From IMG/VR virus record IMGVR_UViG_3300023110_001595, positions 1 to 64,000 of that record: DNA of 64,000 nt. The stretch is one strand, 5' to 3'. Source of the DNA: a virus. Below are positions 18,029 through 27,922 of this stretch, in pieces. The notes beneath the pieces are model-generated. The model ran no database searches and was not told where the DNA came from. It saw only the letters and a program-made list of their open reading frames with translations. A program made the translations under genes and the position numbers. Each line of letters starts with the position of its first letter. Positions within the stretch are counted from its first letter, which is position 1.

Positions 18029-19578
18029 GTCTATTTTTGTGTGTAATACCAAAGCACAGCGTAAATGTGCCGCCTTTGAGTCTTGGTTTTTTACAAGGGG
18101 CTTGTAAAAAACACGGAGTGAATGTACAAATACGTGATTTTAATTTTGACTTATGGCAAAAAACAATTTATACAGACAAATGGCACAGTATTTGGCTCGA
18201 GACAAATCAAACATTATTCAAAGGCGAAGAATTTAATAAGTTTTGTGAAGAAATGTATGACAATGAGATACATTCTTGGGCAAAAGAAATTGTTGCTACA
18301 GATCATACACATATTGGTATTAGTTGTTTTAGTCATAGAAGTTTGCCTACATTTAAAAAACTTGCCACAGCAGTTAGAAAATTAGATCCTAAAAAAATTA
18401 TTATTGTAGGTGGTGCTCCTATGACACAATATGGCAAACATATTTTAGAAATGGATCTTGCAGATTTTGTAGTTTTGAGTGAAGGTGAGGAAGTATTACC
18501 TAATATTGTTAAAGGAAAATACAAACCTGGTATTATAGAAACAAAACAAATTGACAATTTAGATAATCTAGAAATTCCAGACTATACAGGTTTAGATATA
18601 ACACAATACACAGGAGGTTCTCCTGTAGGTGATCAAGTAAGAGATGTAAAATATAAAAAGCGTAACGAACTAGCAATTATTGGTAGTAGAGGTTGTGTTA
18701 GAAAATGCACATTTTGTGATGTAGAAGCATATTGGCCTAAATTTCGTTGGCGTAGCGCACAAAACATATTTGACGAAATGATGCACTACAAAGATACTTA
18801 TAGTATTGATAGGTTTTTCTTTTATGATAGCTTAGTAAATGGTAACACAAAACAATTTGAAGAGTTACTTGATCTAATTATTGCTGCGGGTTCGCCATTT
18901 AAAGGAATGCAAGGACTTGCAATATTTAAAAGAATGCCTGAACGTATATTTAAAAAAATGCGAAAAGCAAGATGGCATAGCATGATTATTGGAGTTGAAA
19001 GTTTTAGCCAAGAAGTGCGTGATCATATGCGTAAAAAATTCTCTAACAAAATAATGCATGAAAATTTAGAACATTACAAAAAATATAAAATAAATTTAGT
19101 ACTCTTAATGATTGTGGGTTATCCTGGCGAACTAGAAAAACATCATAAAGAAAATTATGAATGGATGAAAAATAACAGACAATTTGCAGGTAATCCTATC
19201 AAACAAATCGAAGTTGGGACTACAATGTTAGTATTTCCTGGTTCTCCTGTGTTTTATGAAAATATGTTTGAATACTATGTAGATGATAACGGAGATTGGG
19301 TAGTAACTAACGGAAAAGAAATAAACAATATGAAAATCCGAAACGCAAGACGTAAAGATTTGATAAAATGGGCTGAAGAATTTGGGTTAGGAACTAATAG
19401 TGTTTATGGCACTGGTGGACAACTAGTAGGTGATGTTGAAGATAGAGACATTGTAAATAAAATACATAAATTAGAACACAGCACGGATCTAAAATTAGAA
19501 GATGAATATGTAAAACAAGTCTTAGGTTGGGAAAGTGATCCTAATCGTCAGACACATGAATTTTGGCAAATGTTATAA
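18025..19578 (+). CDS. cobalamin-binding (class B) radical SAM enzyme
   Basis: PPLSL, B12-binding segment IGISCF..IIVGG..EGE, SRGCVRKCTFC, GVES and VGYPGE. Confidence 0.9.
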   Translation: MSLFLCVIPKHSVNVPPLSLGFLQGACKKHGVNVQIRDFNFDLWQKTIYTDKWHSIWLETNQTLFKGEEFNKFCEEMYDNEIHSWAKEIVATDHTHIGISCFSHRSLPTFKKLATAVRKLDPKKIIIVGGAPMTQYGKHILEMDLADFVVLSEGEEVLPNIVKGKYKPGIIETKQIDNLDNLEIPDYTGLDITQYTGGSPVGDQVRDVKYKKRNELAIIGSRGCVRKCTFCDVEAYWPKFRWRSAQNIFDEMMHYKDTYSIDRFFFYDSLVNGNTKQFEELLDLIIAAGSPFKGMQGLAIFKRMPERIFKKMRKARWHSMIIGVESFSQEVRDHMRKKFSNKIMHENLEHYKKYKINLVLLMIVGYPGELEKHHKENYEWMKNNRQFAGNPIKQIEVGTTMLVFPGSPVFYENMFEYYVDDNGDWVVTNGKEINNMKIRNARRKDLIKWAEEFGLGTNSVYGTGGQLVGDVEDRDIVNKIHKLEHSTDLKLEDEYVKQVLGWESDPNRQTHEFWQML

Positions 19579-20685
19579 TTTTCTTTTTGGTATTTTACTA
19601 TCAGCACTACTTACACAACTATCTGTTATACATGGCATAGCAGAATCAAAGAGTTTAAATCCTGTTTCTATATTGCCTAGTGGAACATCGTGACAACTGT
19701 ACGAACGTTTAATACTTCCATCAGGTTCTCTAATTATAATTCCTTGATAGCCAGCATTACAACTCCAACCTTTGAACTTGTTAAAATTAAATGCATTAAA
19801 TCTTTCTGCTTGATCCATATACCATGCTTTCCCATCTTTGTCTCTAAATTCAACTTGAAAATGCCAAGGCACACTTGCATCTGGTTTATGATATGCATCA
19901 GCAGGTATCTCAAACTTAGGACTAGGACGTCCTGACCATTTTCGTTTTACTTCTGTGTAGGCCCTTTGTGGCATTCCGTTCCAGAGTCGTTTGAGGTCTT
20001 CTTCTTTGTATCCGTCAACCACTCTTGACGCAGTAGGATCGGACTGTGGTTTGAGGGTAACGTTGATTCCTTGTTCGTGGAAGAAGAGTGCGTTTTCCCA
20101 GTCTCTCTCGAACCACTCAGGTACCATAACCATATTAATGGTAATCTGTACATCATGTTCTTGACACAGGATTAACTTGTCTGCAAAGTCCTGCATCTTC
20201 TCCTTTGTATCTAAATGTTCTGTGTGCAGACTTGCTGTTATACTTGCTCTATGGAATGGCTTTACACATTCTACATACTGTTCAAACCATTTCATAGGGC
20301 GTGAACAGTTTGATGTCATATGGACACTAGTATAGTTAGTGTTATCAACATCGTTGGCAAGATGCTCCAAAATATCCAAGTAACCAGGATGGAAAGTAGG
20401 TTCCCCACCGCTAAGGCTAAAATGGAAACTATTAAATCTATTCTCACGTGCTTGCCTTTTTATCTCATCGATTGTATGAAGACAGAGTTCTGTAGGTCTA
20501 TGGTCTTTACGATCGCTACGGGCATAAGGCCAACAATAACTGCATCGGTAGTTACAGAATCTTCCAAGTAACCAAGATACTGTGAATATGTCACGATACA
20601 ATAAAGTACGCTGACCAACGCTAACGATGTCATCAAACGGTATCTTAGTGAAGTCATAGTTACTCCATTTTAAATCTTCAGTCAT
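19573..20685 (-). CDS. radical SAM enzyme with C-terminal Cys cluster
   Basis: CNYRCSYC, GGEPT, and C-terminal FKGWSC...SC...C...C. Confidence 0.9.
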   Translation of the reverse strand: MTEDLKWSNYDFTKIPFDDIVSVGQRTLLYRDIFTVSWLLGRFCNYRCSYCWPYARSDRKDHRPTELCLHTIDEIKRQARENRFNSFHFSLSGGEPTFHPGYLDILEHLANDVDNTNYTSVHMTSNCSRPMKWFEQYVECVKPFHRASITASLHTEHLDTKEKMQDFADKLILCQEHDVQITINMVMVPEWFERDWENALFFHEQGINVTLKPQSDPTASRVVDGYKEEDLKRLWNGMPQRAYTEVKRKWSGRPSPKFEIPADAYHKPDASVPWHFQVEFRDKDGKAWYMDQAERFNAFNFNKFKGWSCNAGYQGIIIREPDGSIKRSYSCHDVPLGNIETGFKLFDSAMPCITDSCVSSADSKIPKRKL

Positions 20686-20690
20686 ATTTT

Positions 20691-20719
20691 ATTATACTCT
20701 ATTCCTATATATTTGTCAA
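20691..20719 (-). promoter_or_regulatory. consensus sigma70 promoter TTGACA-17-TATAAT, probably leaderless
   Basis: Only 5 nt separate the -10 box from the ATG at 20685, and there is no RBS. Confidence 0.75.
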
Positions 20720-20724
20720 TTAAA

Positions 20725-21363
20725 TTATAAAGAGCCAAACGCCCATTTACGTTCTTTACACCACCAACAAGCATCACAGTGTCCTAAAAACCCTATTCTA
20801 TGTTCAACTTCGCAACTTCTTGTAAGAGGAAACAATTCGTAAGTTAATCCATAATGATCATACAAAGATTTTATGACTTTTTTATCACTGTTGGTAAAAG
20901 GCGTACAAAAAGTATCAGCAATAAAGATGGGACGTTCTAAATTTGGATTACGTGTAATTTGTTCGGTATTCCAACTCGGTCCACAAAAACTGTCAGCTAT
21001 ATCTTTAGGAGGATTAGCTGTGAGTGCTGTGTACAAATATGCAGAATTTTTAGAGGTTTCTTGCCCTGCTACATAGTTACAAAATGCAGGACTGTCTTGC
21101 ACTTCTGCATAACTTATGTAATGTTTTACATTCCAATATCCTGTAAGTTGGATACATTTTTCAATAACATTAGTAGACGTAATAGCTGTGATTCTACTTC
21201 TTTCATTGTTTGCAAGTGTATGTATGTGTATTGTACCTTGTTTTTTATGTTTCATCAAAATGTACAATAATAACGAACTATCTGCGCCGCCTGAGCACAA
21301 AAGAGAAATGTCTTTGTTTTCGCAAAATGGTATGTATAAATCAGCTATTTTAATTTCTTGCAT
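20725..21363 (-). CDS. QueC-like PP-loop ATPase (paralog 1)
   Basis: SGGADS and TRSC...CDACWWCKER. Confidence 0.75.
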   Translation of the reverse strand: MQEIKIADLYIPFCENKDISLLCSGGADSSLLLYILMKHKKQGTIHIHTLANNERSRITAITSTNVIEKCIQLTGYWNVKHYISYAEVQDSPAFCNYVAGQETSKNSAYLYTALTANPPKDIADSFCGPSWNTEQITRNPNLERPIFIADTFCTPFTNSDKKVIKSLYDHYGLTYELFPLTRSCEVEHRIGFLGHCDACWWCKERKWAFGSL

Positions 21364-21370
21364 CACAAAC

Positions 21371-21389
21371 AATATTTATTATAAATATT
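21371..21389. promoter_or_regulatory. palindromic bidirectional late promoter AATATTTAT-T-ATAAATATT
   Basis: Perfect inverted repeat giving ATAAATA on both strands between divergent genes. Confidence 0.55.
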
Positions 21390-21392
21390 TGT

Positions 21393-22334
21393 ATGAGACA
21401 AATTATTGATAATGCTATAATCTGGATGAAAGAAAATTATCCAGATCGTACAAATGAATATGAAAAGTGTTATAGAGATTTAGAGTATATATGCAATGCT
21501 ATTGAGAAAGACTGCATAAACGATACCACCGATCATATTACAAGAATAGGTAATATGTTTTGGCAAGATGATATACGAATGGTAGAAACTTATGAAGTAG
21601 AAATAGCAACGTACAAATTTTTATTAAACGAGTATTCAAAACGTAAAAACGAAGAAACATTTTCAAAAGTAAAACGTAGTATCGATAAATTAATACACAT
21701 TGTAGAGCATGGTATATCTGCAGATTCTGCTTGGCACAAAATAGTCAATGCAAGTAAAAATGCAAATCACTGTCAACGTAATTGGTTTTTCGGAAAACAA
21801 ATTCCAAGCACTACTGTAGATAGTCTAATTCACGTTGCAACCAATATGCCTACTAAACAAAATTTGGAACTTTATAGATTAATAGTATCAACTAACAGAG
21901 ATTTAAACCATAGTTTATACCAATTATCTATATCAGAAGACGGAACTCCAAAGAATCGTAATTCTCAAATTGATGCTAACGTTGTCTTTGTATATTGTAT
22001 AAACACAGAATACGATTCAAAAAATTCAATTGATTTAGATCTAGCAGGTGCCAAATTACATTATGCAATAGGAATAAGCTCAGGTGCTGTATCATTAGCT
22101 GCCAATCAAATGGGATTACGAACAGGATTTTGCCAATGTTATTTAGGAACAAGGGTAAGAGATTTACTCATTAGTAAAGGAGTTGATTTAAAAGAAACTG
22201 ATCTTCCTGAACTAATGCTAGGCATAGGTATACCTAATGTAAAATATAAATGGACAGATGTTGTAAAACGTGATAACATTATTAACGAGATCGAACCTCA
22301 TTTCAAAAATGTAACAGTAAACCTAATTAATTAA
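21393..22334 (+). CDS. nitroreductase-family protein with N-terminal helical extension
   Basis: CQRNW, PTKQN, IGISSG..LAA..MGLRTGFCQC and LMLGIG. Confidence 0.75.
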   Translation: MRQIIDNAIIWMKENYPDRTNEYEKCYRDLEYICNAIEKDCINDTTDHITRIGNMFWQDDIRMVETYEVEIATYKFLLNEYSKRKNEETFSKVKRSIDKLIHIVEHGISADSAWHKIVNASKNANHCQRNWFFGKQIPSTTVDSLIHVATNMPTKQNLELYRLIVSTNRDLNHSLYQLSISEDGTPKNRNSQIDANVVFVYCINTEYDSKNSIDLDLAGAKLHYAIGISSGAVSLAANQMGLRTGFCQCYLGTRVRDLLISKGVDLKETDLPELMLGIGIPNVKYKWTDVVKRDNIINEIEPHFKNVTVNLIN

Positions 22335-23120
22335 TTGGTTAAAATATGATTCAAAGTATTTTTTGATTAATTTTGTCCAAACTTTTTGATGTAAATGATA
22401 TCCATCGGGATAAATGAAAACATTTTTTCTAATATTTTCATCGTCGGGTTTGAAATTATAAAGCTCACAAACTTTATGATCAAGCGTAAAATTACCTATT
22501 GTTTTAAAATTGTGTAAAGAAAATTCTCTTTGCACTCTAGTTTCATATATTATATCATTATCTACACTGAACCATATTACTTGATGTCCAAACATTTTTA
22601 TTAATGCATTTATTGCTAAAAGTTTAGAAATTTGTTCTTCGGCTTCCATTCTTCTGTCAGACATTGTTTTAACACGAAGTATACTTTTTATTGTTTTTTT
22701 ATCTATTTCTAAATCTTCGCCGTTCCATAATTTACTGATGCCATAGTAACAAATATATTTTTCCCATACACCGCGATCTTCTGTTCCTAAAATACTTTGA
22801 TCACTCCAAAACCCTGGCAAACCGTCTACCATGTCCCATTCTTTATATTCTAACAAATTCTTTCTATAATAATCTTGATATCTTCCTATAGTAGGTATTT
22901 CAGCAAATATTAAACATTTTTCTTTTTTATGTTTATTCATTATACCGTGCATACGAGAAAAATAACTTTCTATACCTAGTGCATATATCCCATAATTACT
23001 AAATTCTACATCATAATTATCAGTTACAAATGTTCCCATTGTATTCCATCTAGGAACTGTATGGCTTGTTCCAAATAATATTACTCTATTAAAATTTTCC
23101 AAACGCCCAATACCTTTCAT
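22323..23120 (-). CDS. SGNH-like hydrolase/acyltransferase
   Basis: FGTSHT near the N-terminus, NYG and a C-terminal DGYH. Confidence 0.5.
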   Translation of the reverse strand: MKGIGRLENFNRVILFGTSHTVPRWNTMGTFVTDNYDVEFSNYGIYALGIESYFSRMHGIMNKHKKEKCLIFAEIPTIGRYQDYYRKNLLEYKEWDMVDGLPGFWSDQSILGTEDRGVWEKYICYYGISKLWNGEDLEIDKKTIKSILRVKTMSDRRMEAEEQISKLLAINALIKMFGHQVIWFSVDNDIIYETRVQREFSLHNFKTIGNFTLDHKVCELYNFKPDDENIRKNVFIYPDGYHLHQKVWTKLIKKYFESYFNQLIN

Positions 23121-23739
23121 GGCACCACCAACAATCTTTACAAGGTTTTGTAAAATCCTCGGTCACATCCTTCCATCCTTCGCAACTTCTTGTAATTGGA
23201 AAAAGACTATCTAAAATACCATATTTTTTGTATTTTTCAGCAAGTTTATCTTTAGTTAATTTTCCGTAGGGCAAATAAAGTGCGGGTTGGATAAAATCAA
23301 AGAATAAACGTTTTCCTTCTTTTCGATCAGGTACAGGACAGGTTTCAACAATATCTATAGTTTTATTATCAATTACAACTACGGCGTCTTTGACCGGAGC
23401 CATACTAACTGCATTCATTTGTAAATCAATATTGTATTTTTTATAAATTTCTGTTTGAGCTTTATCAAAAAAATCTTTTTGTGGTGCTGGTACATAATGG
23501 ATATGATGTTTTACTATTAGATTATTGTTAAAATAATTACTTATAAATCGAACAACATTAGCAGCAACAGCACTATTCCAATTTTGTTTCAAAGAATGCG
23601 AAAGAGTGAGAACGTGTATATCCTTTTTATATGAATTATCAACACAAGTTTTTACCAATTCAAATAGCATAAGCGAACTATCTGCGCCACCACTACAATT
23701 TACTAAAATGTTATTGTAATCTTTAATATAATTATTCAC
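23089..23739 (-). CDS. QueC-like PP-loop ATPase (paralog 2)
   Basis: SGGADS and TRSCE...CKDCWWCHER. Confidence 0.75.
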   Translation of the reverse strand: MNNYIKDYNNILVNCSGGADSSLMLFELVKTCVDNSYKKDIHVLTLSHSLKQNWNSAVAANVVRFISNYFNNNLIVKHHIHYVPAPQKDFFDKAQTEIYKKYNIDLQMNAVSMAPVKDAVVVIDNKTIDIVETCPVPDRKEGKRLFFDFIQPALYLPYGKLTKDKLAEKYKKYGILDSLFPITRSCEGWKDVTEDFTKPCKDCWWCHERYWAFGKF

Positions 23740-24454
23740 GCCATTTTCCTAAATTGTATCCTGGATACTTTTCAGCAATCATATCAAAAACAAGTTTTGC
23801 AACTAACTTATTTCCTTTGCCATTCATATGCATACCTTTGTCTAAAACAAAAGTATCTGGAAATCCAAGAGTTTCTTCTATACTTGTACAATTATTATGT
23901 TTATTTTTATTGAACCAAGAAAACGTAATATTATCAATTCCTATGTTATCAAGTATTACATCTCCCGCCATAAGAAATGCTCTATCATATTGTTCCATTA
24001 CTTCATGGTGTGTATGTTTATAATATGACGTATGTAATTTTTGTTTTGTTCTTTCATTATATAATTTGCTTTGTAGGCCATTTGTTGTGCTTGTAAATAT
24101 GCACAAATGAGGATTATAATACTTTCTATGCATTGCATAATATCTTACATCAATTCCTATCATCCAATTAAGCAAATTATTTTCAAATTCTATGTTAGGG
24201 TTTACATAATGATGTCTATAAGGAGTTGTAATTTGTCTAATTATAATGTCTGGTTTAATTTTATAAATTGCTCTTTCCATAAGTCGATAAGCAAGGAAAT
24301 TACTACCTCCTCCTATTCCTAAATTAAACACTTTTGAATTAGGTATTAGTTGCTGCAATTGATAAGGATAAGTTTCTTTATGAGTACGAATACCAGTACA
24401 AAACCCATCTGTATAACTACATCCTACACACACTATTTTCATTTTATATTCCAC
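23732..24454 (-). CDS. SGNH/GDSL-like hydrolase
   Basis: GCSYTDG, NLGIGGGSN and DKGMH. Confidence 0.65.
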   Translation of the reverse strand: MEYKMKIVCVGCSYTDGFCTGIRTHKETYPYQLQQLIPNSKVFNLGIGGGSNFLAYRLMERAIYKIKPDIIIRQITTPYRHHYVNPNIEFENNLLNWMIGIDVRYYAMHRKYYNPHLCIFTSTTNGLQSKLYNERTKQKLHTSYYKHTHHEVMEQYDRAFLMAGDVILDNIGIDNITFSWFNKNKHNNCTSIEETLGFPDTFVLDKGMHMNGKGNKLVAKLVFDMIAEKYPGYNLGKWRE

Positions 24455-25472
24455 ATTTTTCCGAACACAATGGTAATAATCTTCTCTTAAAGTTTCTTGG
24501 TAAGTCTTTTTGAAAAAAGGTATTACTTAATACTTCTAGCATACTATGATGATTTAAATTATTAAAGTTTTCACCATAAAGTTCTATTTTTTCATCTAAC
24601 CAGCCAAATCTTCTGCGATCATCTGGTCTTCCTGTGTGCATACTAAAATAACAACAAGGCCAGACTTCTCCCATTTGGTTAATTTGTATACGTGATAAGC
24701 GTGTCCAAGGACAAGGACTTTTTCTTTTCATTTGTTCTGCTGTTACAACTTCAATTAATGGTATAGAATCATCAAACCATTCAACACTTTTTCGTAGTCT
24801 ATCAACTTTCAAAGATTTAGGAGCAGTAATTTCTCCTGCTGGCATACCTTTATACTCCATTACAGGTATGTAAGTGTCAAAACTTCTGTTCAATACAAAT
24901 TCAATGAAGCCCATTTTTTTTGCTCTAGCACTTGCCTCTTCAATTTGATGTATATTATGATCAAAAACAATCATTCTCCAACGTGCGAGTCCACCAGCGT
25001 CTATATATGCCTTTGCATTTTTCATAACAGCGTCAAAATTTACACCACGTCTGTATATGTGATTAGTATCTTCTAATCCATCAACACTAAATGTTACTAC
25101 AGAAGCAGGAATCTTTTGTGTGACAATTGCTAAATTACGCCAAAAATTTTCAAACCTTGCGCCGCCGTTGGTATGAATGTTTAATCTAACTTTTTCTCCT
25201 GCCACAGAATACAAATATTCTAACATTTGTATAAATTTTGGATGACTAGATATGTCGCCAAAGTTTCCATTAAAGCTAATCTTTGCAGTATTTGTTTCCG
25301 CTGCAAAATCACAAATTTTTTGCCAAACTTTTTCATCTATGTGTTGTAACTTAACAAAAGGACTTACAGGGCCTCCTTGTACGTTTCTAATACAGGCGCC
25401 GCAAAAACTATTACAATAACTTGTTACATCTACTTGAATTTCGAAAACATTGTAAGGGTCTATCGCTTGCAT
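24444..25472 (-). CDS. radical SAM with C-terminal twitch/SPASM
   Basis: CNSFCGAC, GNFGD, CPW...GEVWPCC and CSEKC. Confidence 0.9.
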   Translation of the reverse strand: MQAIDPYNVFEIQVDVTSYCNSFCGACIRNVQGGPVSPFVKLQHIDEKVWQKICDFAAETNTAKISFNGNFGDISSHPKFIQMLEYLYSVAGEKVRLNIHTNGGARFENFWRNLAIVTQKIPASVVTFSVDGLEDTNHIYRRGVNFDAVMKNAKAYIDAGGLARWRMIVFDHNIHQIEEASARAKKMGFIEFVLNRSFDTYIPVMEYKGMPAGEITAPKSLKVDRLRKSVEWFDDSIPLIEVVTAEQMKRKSPCPWTRLSRIQINQMGEVWPCCYFSMHTGRPDDRRRFGWLDEKIELYGENFNNLNHHSMLEVLSNTFFQKDLPRNFKRRLLPLCSEKCGI

Positions 25473-26609
25473 TTATTCCAAATGACCTTCCATTACCTTA
25501 TTGTAGTTTTCTTCATACTTACTTTTTGGTGCGCACAAACCACAACCACAAGTGTGTTTGGGACATATAATTGTAGGCAAAGTGTTGTTGTTCATTTTTT
25601 CTTTTAGATCTGCTAAAATTTTATCGCCATCACTAATTTTACCAATAGGACCTCTAGTTTGATCAAAGCGGGCCTGGCAAGTTTGGTGGTGATAAACACT
25701 ATCTGTTTGTTGTTCAAGATGTAAAAAGAAATAATTTACACTACAATGCCATCCTTTGAATTCTCTTAGATCAACAAAGGTGCTTTTACGACTTTCGCCG
25801 TTCAAACTCAAGCACATTTCTCTACTTCCGCAACAAGGACGTCCGATTGTCATACCTAGTTTTTTCTTTTCACTGGTTTTTTCTCCAGCAGCACTTAGAA
25901 CAGCAGCTTCTTCTTTTGTTTCATTTAATTCTGCATTTTTATATGTCCAATAATTTTTCATATAATCTAATTGTTCATCAGTGTACATATGCGCAAAGTT
26001 ACTTTTACTGTCTGGCTCTTCACCAATAATTCTTGGAACGTATTTTACACCTAAATCGTGTAGATAATAACACAAATCTTTACATTCGTCAAAATACGCA
26101 GCGTGAAACATTACATTACAACTAATACTAAAATCTGCATCATGAAATTGTTTTATTCTATCACGTACTTGTTGTTTAAGTTTGTTATCACTTTCTGCGT
26201 GATAGCTAACTGTAATGTGTCCTAAATTTTCCATTACTGCATCAGCCATTTTTGCGCTCATTGCACCATTACTTGTAAGTGCAAAACCACAAGCCCATTT
26301 ATCTTGATACTTAGCTTCGTATTCTTCTTTTAAATATTTTACAAAAGGAATAAAATTTGGATTTACAGTGGGTTCGCCGCCTGTAAAACTTATACTTGTG
26401 TGTTTATAAGTACGTTTTTCCATATAAGTGTCAATATATTCAAATAAGAAATCTACAGCACTTTTAAGTTCATCTAAACTAGCGTGAGGACTAAAGTTAT
26501 CGTGCCTATGTGCAGGACAATAACTACAATCGTAATTGCAACGTCTGCCTAAATCCCAAGTAACTTGGAAAACTTTGCCTGTTAATAAATCAACTGTATC
26601 AAAACTCAT
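25473..26609 (-). CDS. radical SAM with Cys-rich C-terminus
   Basis: CNYDCSYC, GGEPT and PCCGSREMC...CPKHTCGCGLC. Confidence 0.9.
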   Translation of the reverse strand: MSFDTVDLLTGKVFQVTWDLGRRCNYDCSYCPAHRHDNFSPHASLDELKSAVDFLFEYIDTYMEKRTYKHTSISFTGGEPTVNPNFIPFVKYLKEEYEAKYQDKWACGFALTSNGAMSAKMADAVMENLGHITVSYHAESDNKLKQQVRDRIKQFHDADFSISCNVMFHAAYFDECKDLCYYLHDLGVKYVPRIIGEEPDSKSNFAHMYTDEQLDYMKNYWTYKNAELNETKEEAAVLSAAGEKTSEKKKLGMTIGRPCCGSREMCLSLNGESRKSTFVDLREFKGWHCSVNYFFLHLEQQTDSVYHHQTCQARFDQTRGPIGKISDGDKILADLKEKMNNNTLPTIICPKHTCGCGLCAPKSKYEENYNKVMEGHLE

Positions 26610-27922
26610 TAAATATAATCCTTAAATATAGGTTCCACATCAAGTAAACTTTCAGCTCTAATTTTATCTAAAGTATCGGTATACTGTTTAAAATAATCCC
26701 AATGCTCATTATGATAGCTTTCGCTTGACATATAACTTATTACGCTGTTGCGTATATCTTTTGCTTTATTTTTAGTGTTTTCAGGAAAATCTGAAGTTTC
26801 GATCCAATCAATAAATCCGTCAAAATTTTCTGTAACTTTGTTTTTCAGTTCATCTGGTAGCACACGGATATTTAAGTGTTTAGGATGATGTGCCATATGG
26901 AAAGTGATAATAGGTTTACTTTTAAAACAGTTCAGTTTTTTGAAATTACTTTCTGTAAGTTTCCATTTCATAAAATCTACCATATGGTTTACATTGTATG
27001 CTGTTACTGTAAATGCTAACCAAGCAATAATATTCGGAGATGATGCATCTAAACTATATAAATTTTTTAATAACTTGCTCCATTTGGCCGGATTTCGTTG
27101 ATATTCCAATACTTTACCCATTCCATCTATACTAGCACCTACTCTAACTTGTTTAAATTGCTTCCACATATCAATTACTCTTGGAGGCAATGTGCTCATA
27201 TTTGTATTATATTCCACAATAATATTTTTAGCGTTATCTGTTTCAATACAATGTTCTAGAAAATCATAATGTCTATCAATCAACATAGGCTCTCCGCCGG
27301 CAAAGTATACGTGCTCAATGTTTTCAACATTTTTATATAATTGTTGCCAAAAACTTTCGTTGTGAACCCAATTATACGCATCGGATACTAGTTTATTGCC
27401 TTTACGGTATATTTGCACCTCGCCACTGGTTTCTTTATATGTTGTTTTACCAGTTAGCTTTTCCCAATCTTCATACCAAGTGTCACTATCGGTAGGACCA
27501 CACATACGACATTTTAAATTACAGAAGTTTCCAAAACGCAAATCGTAATATTGAACAGGATTTTCATCAGTATCGATAGTGCCATCTTCATTAGTTATAC
27601 TTTTTGCTATATCAAACGTAAAATTAGGCCAGTTTTTTTCTTCGTATTTGCGTCTACTGTTTAATCCGTTAAGTTCTTCGTTTTTACAACGTCCGCATTC
27701 ATCGCTCCATACACCATTCAACATATTAAGTCTAACATTTTTCATAAGTTCGGCATTACGTGCTTCATTTAGATCATCTATGCCAACATTATAAGCAGTA
27801 CCATCTTCTTTTCGTATTACGCCTTGATTTTTTGTTATGTTGGCCTGACAACATATTCTAATATCTCCATTGCTTCTTGCTGCTTGGAATATCCAAGGTA
27901 TAGGACAAAATGTTTCTGTCAT
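26609..27922 (-). CDS. N-terminal twitch-domain radical SAM
   Basis: FCPIPW..ICC..CGRC followed by CNLKCRMC and GGEP. Confidence 0.9.
   Translation of the reverse strand: MTETFCPIPWIFQAARSNGDIRICCQANITKNQGVIRKEDGTAYNVGIDDLNEARNAELMKNVRLNMLNGVWSDECGRCKNEELNGLNSRRKYEEKNWPNFTFDIAKSITNEDGTIDTDENPVQYYDLRFGNFCNLKCRMCGPTDSDTWYEDWEKLTGKTTYKETSGEVQIYRKGNKLVSDAYNWVHNESFWQQLYKNVENIEHVYFAGGEPMLIDRHYDFLEHCIETDNAKNIIVEYNTNMSTLPPRVIDMWKQFKQVRVGASIDGMGKVLEYQRNPAKWSKLLKNLYSLDASSPNIIAWLAFTVTAYNVNHMVDFMKWKLTESNFKKLNCFKSKPIITFHMAHHPKHLNIRVLPDELKNKVTENFDGFIDWIETSDFPENTKNKAKDIRNSVISYMSSESYHNEHWDYFKQYTDTLDKIRAESLLDVEPIFKDYI

Noticed and set aside
21393-21720. Bona fide phycobiliprotein gene
   Set aside because: Only a short C.RD-like motif matches, and the domain is fused to a nitroreductase.
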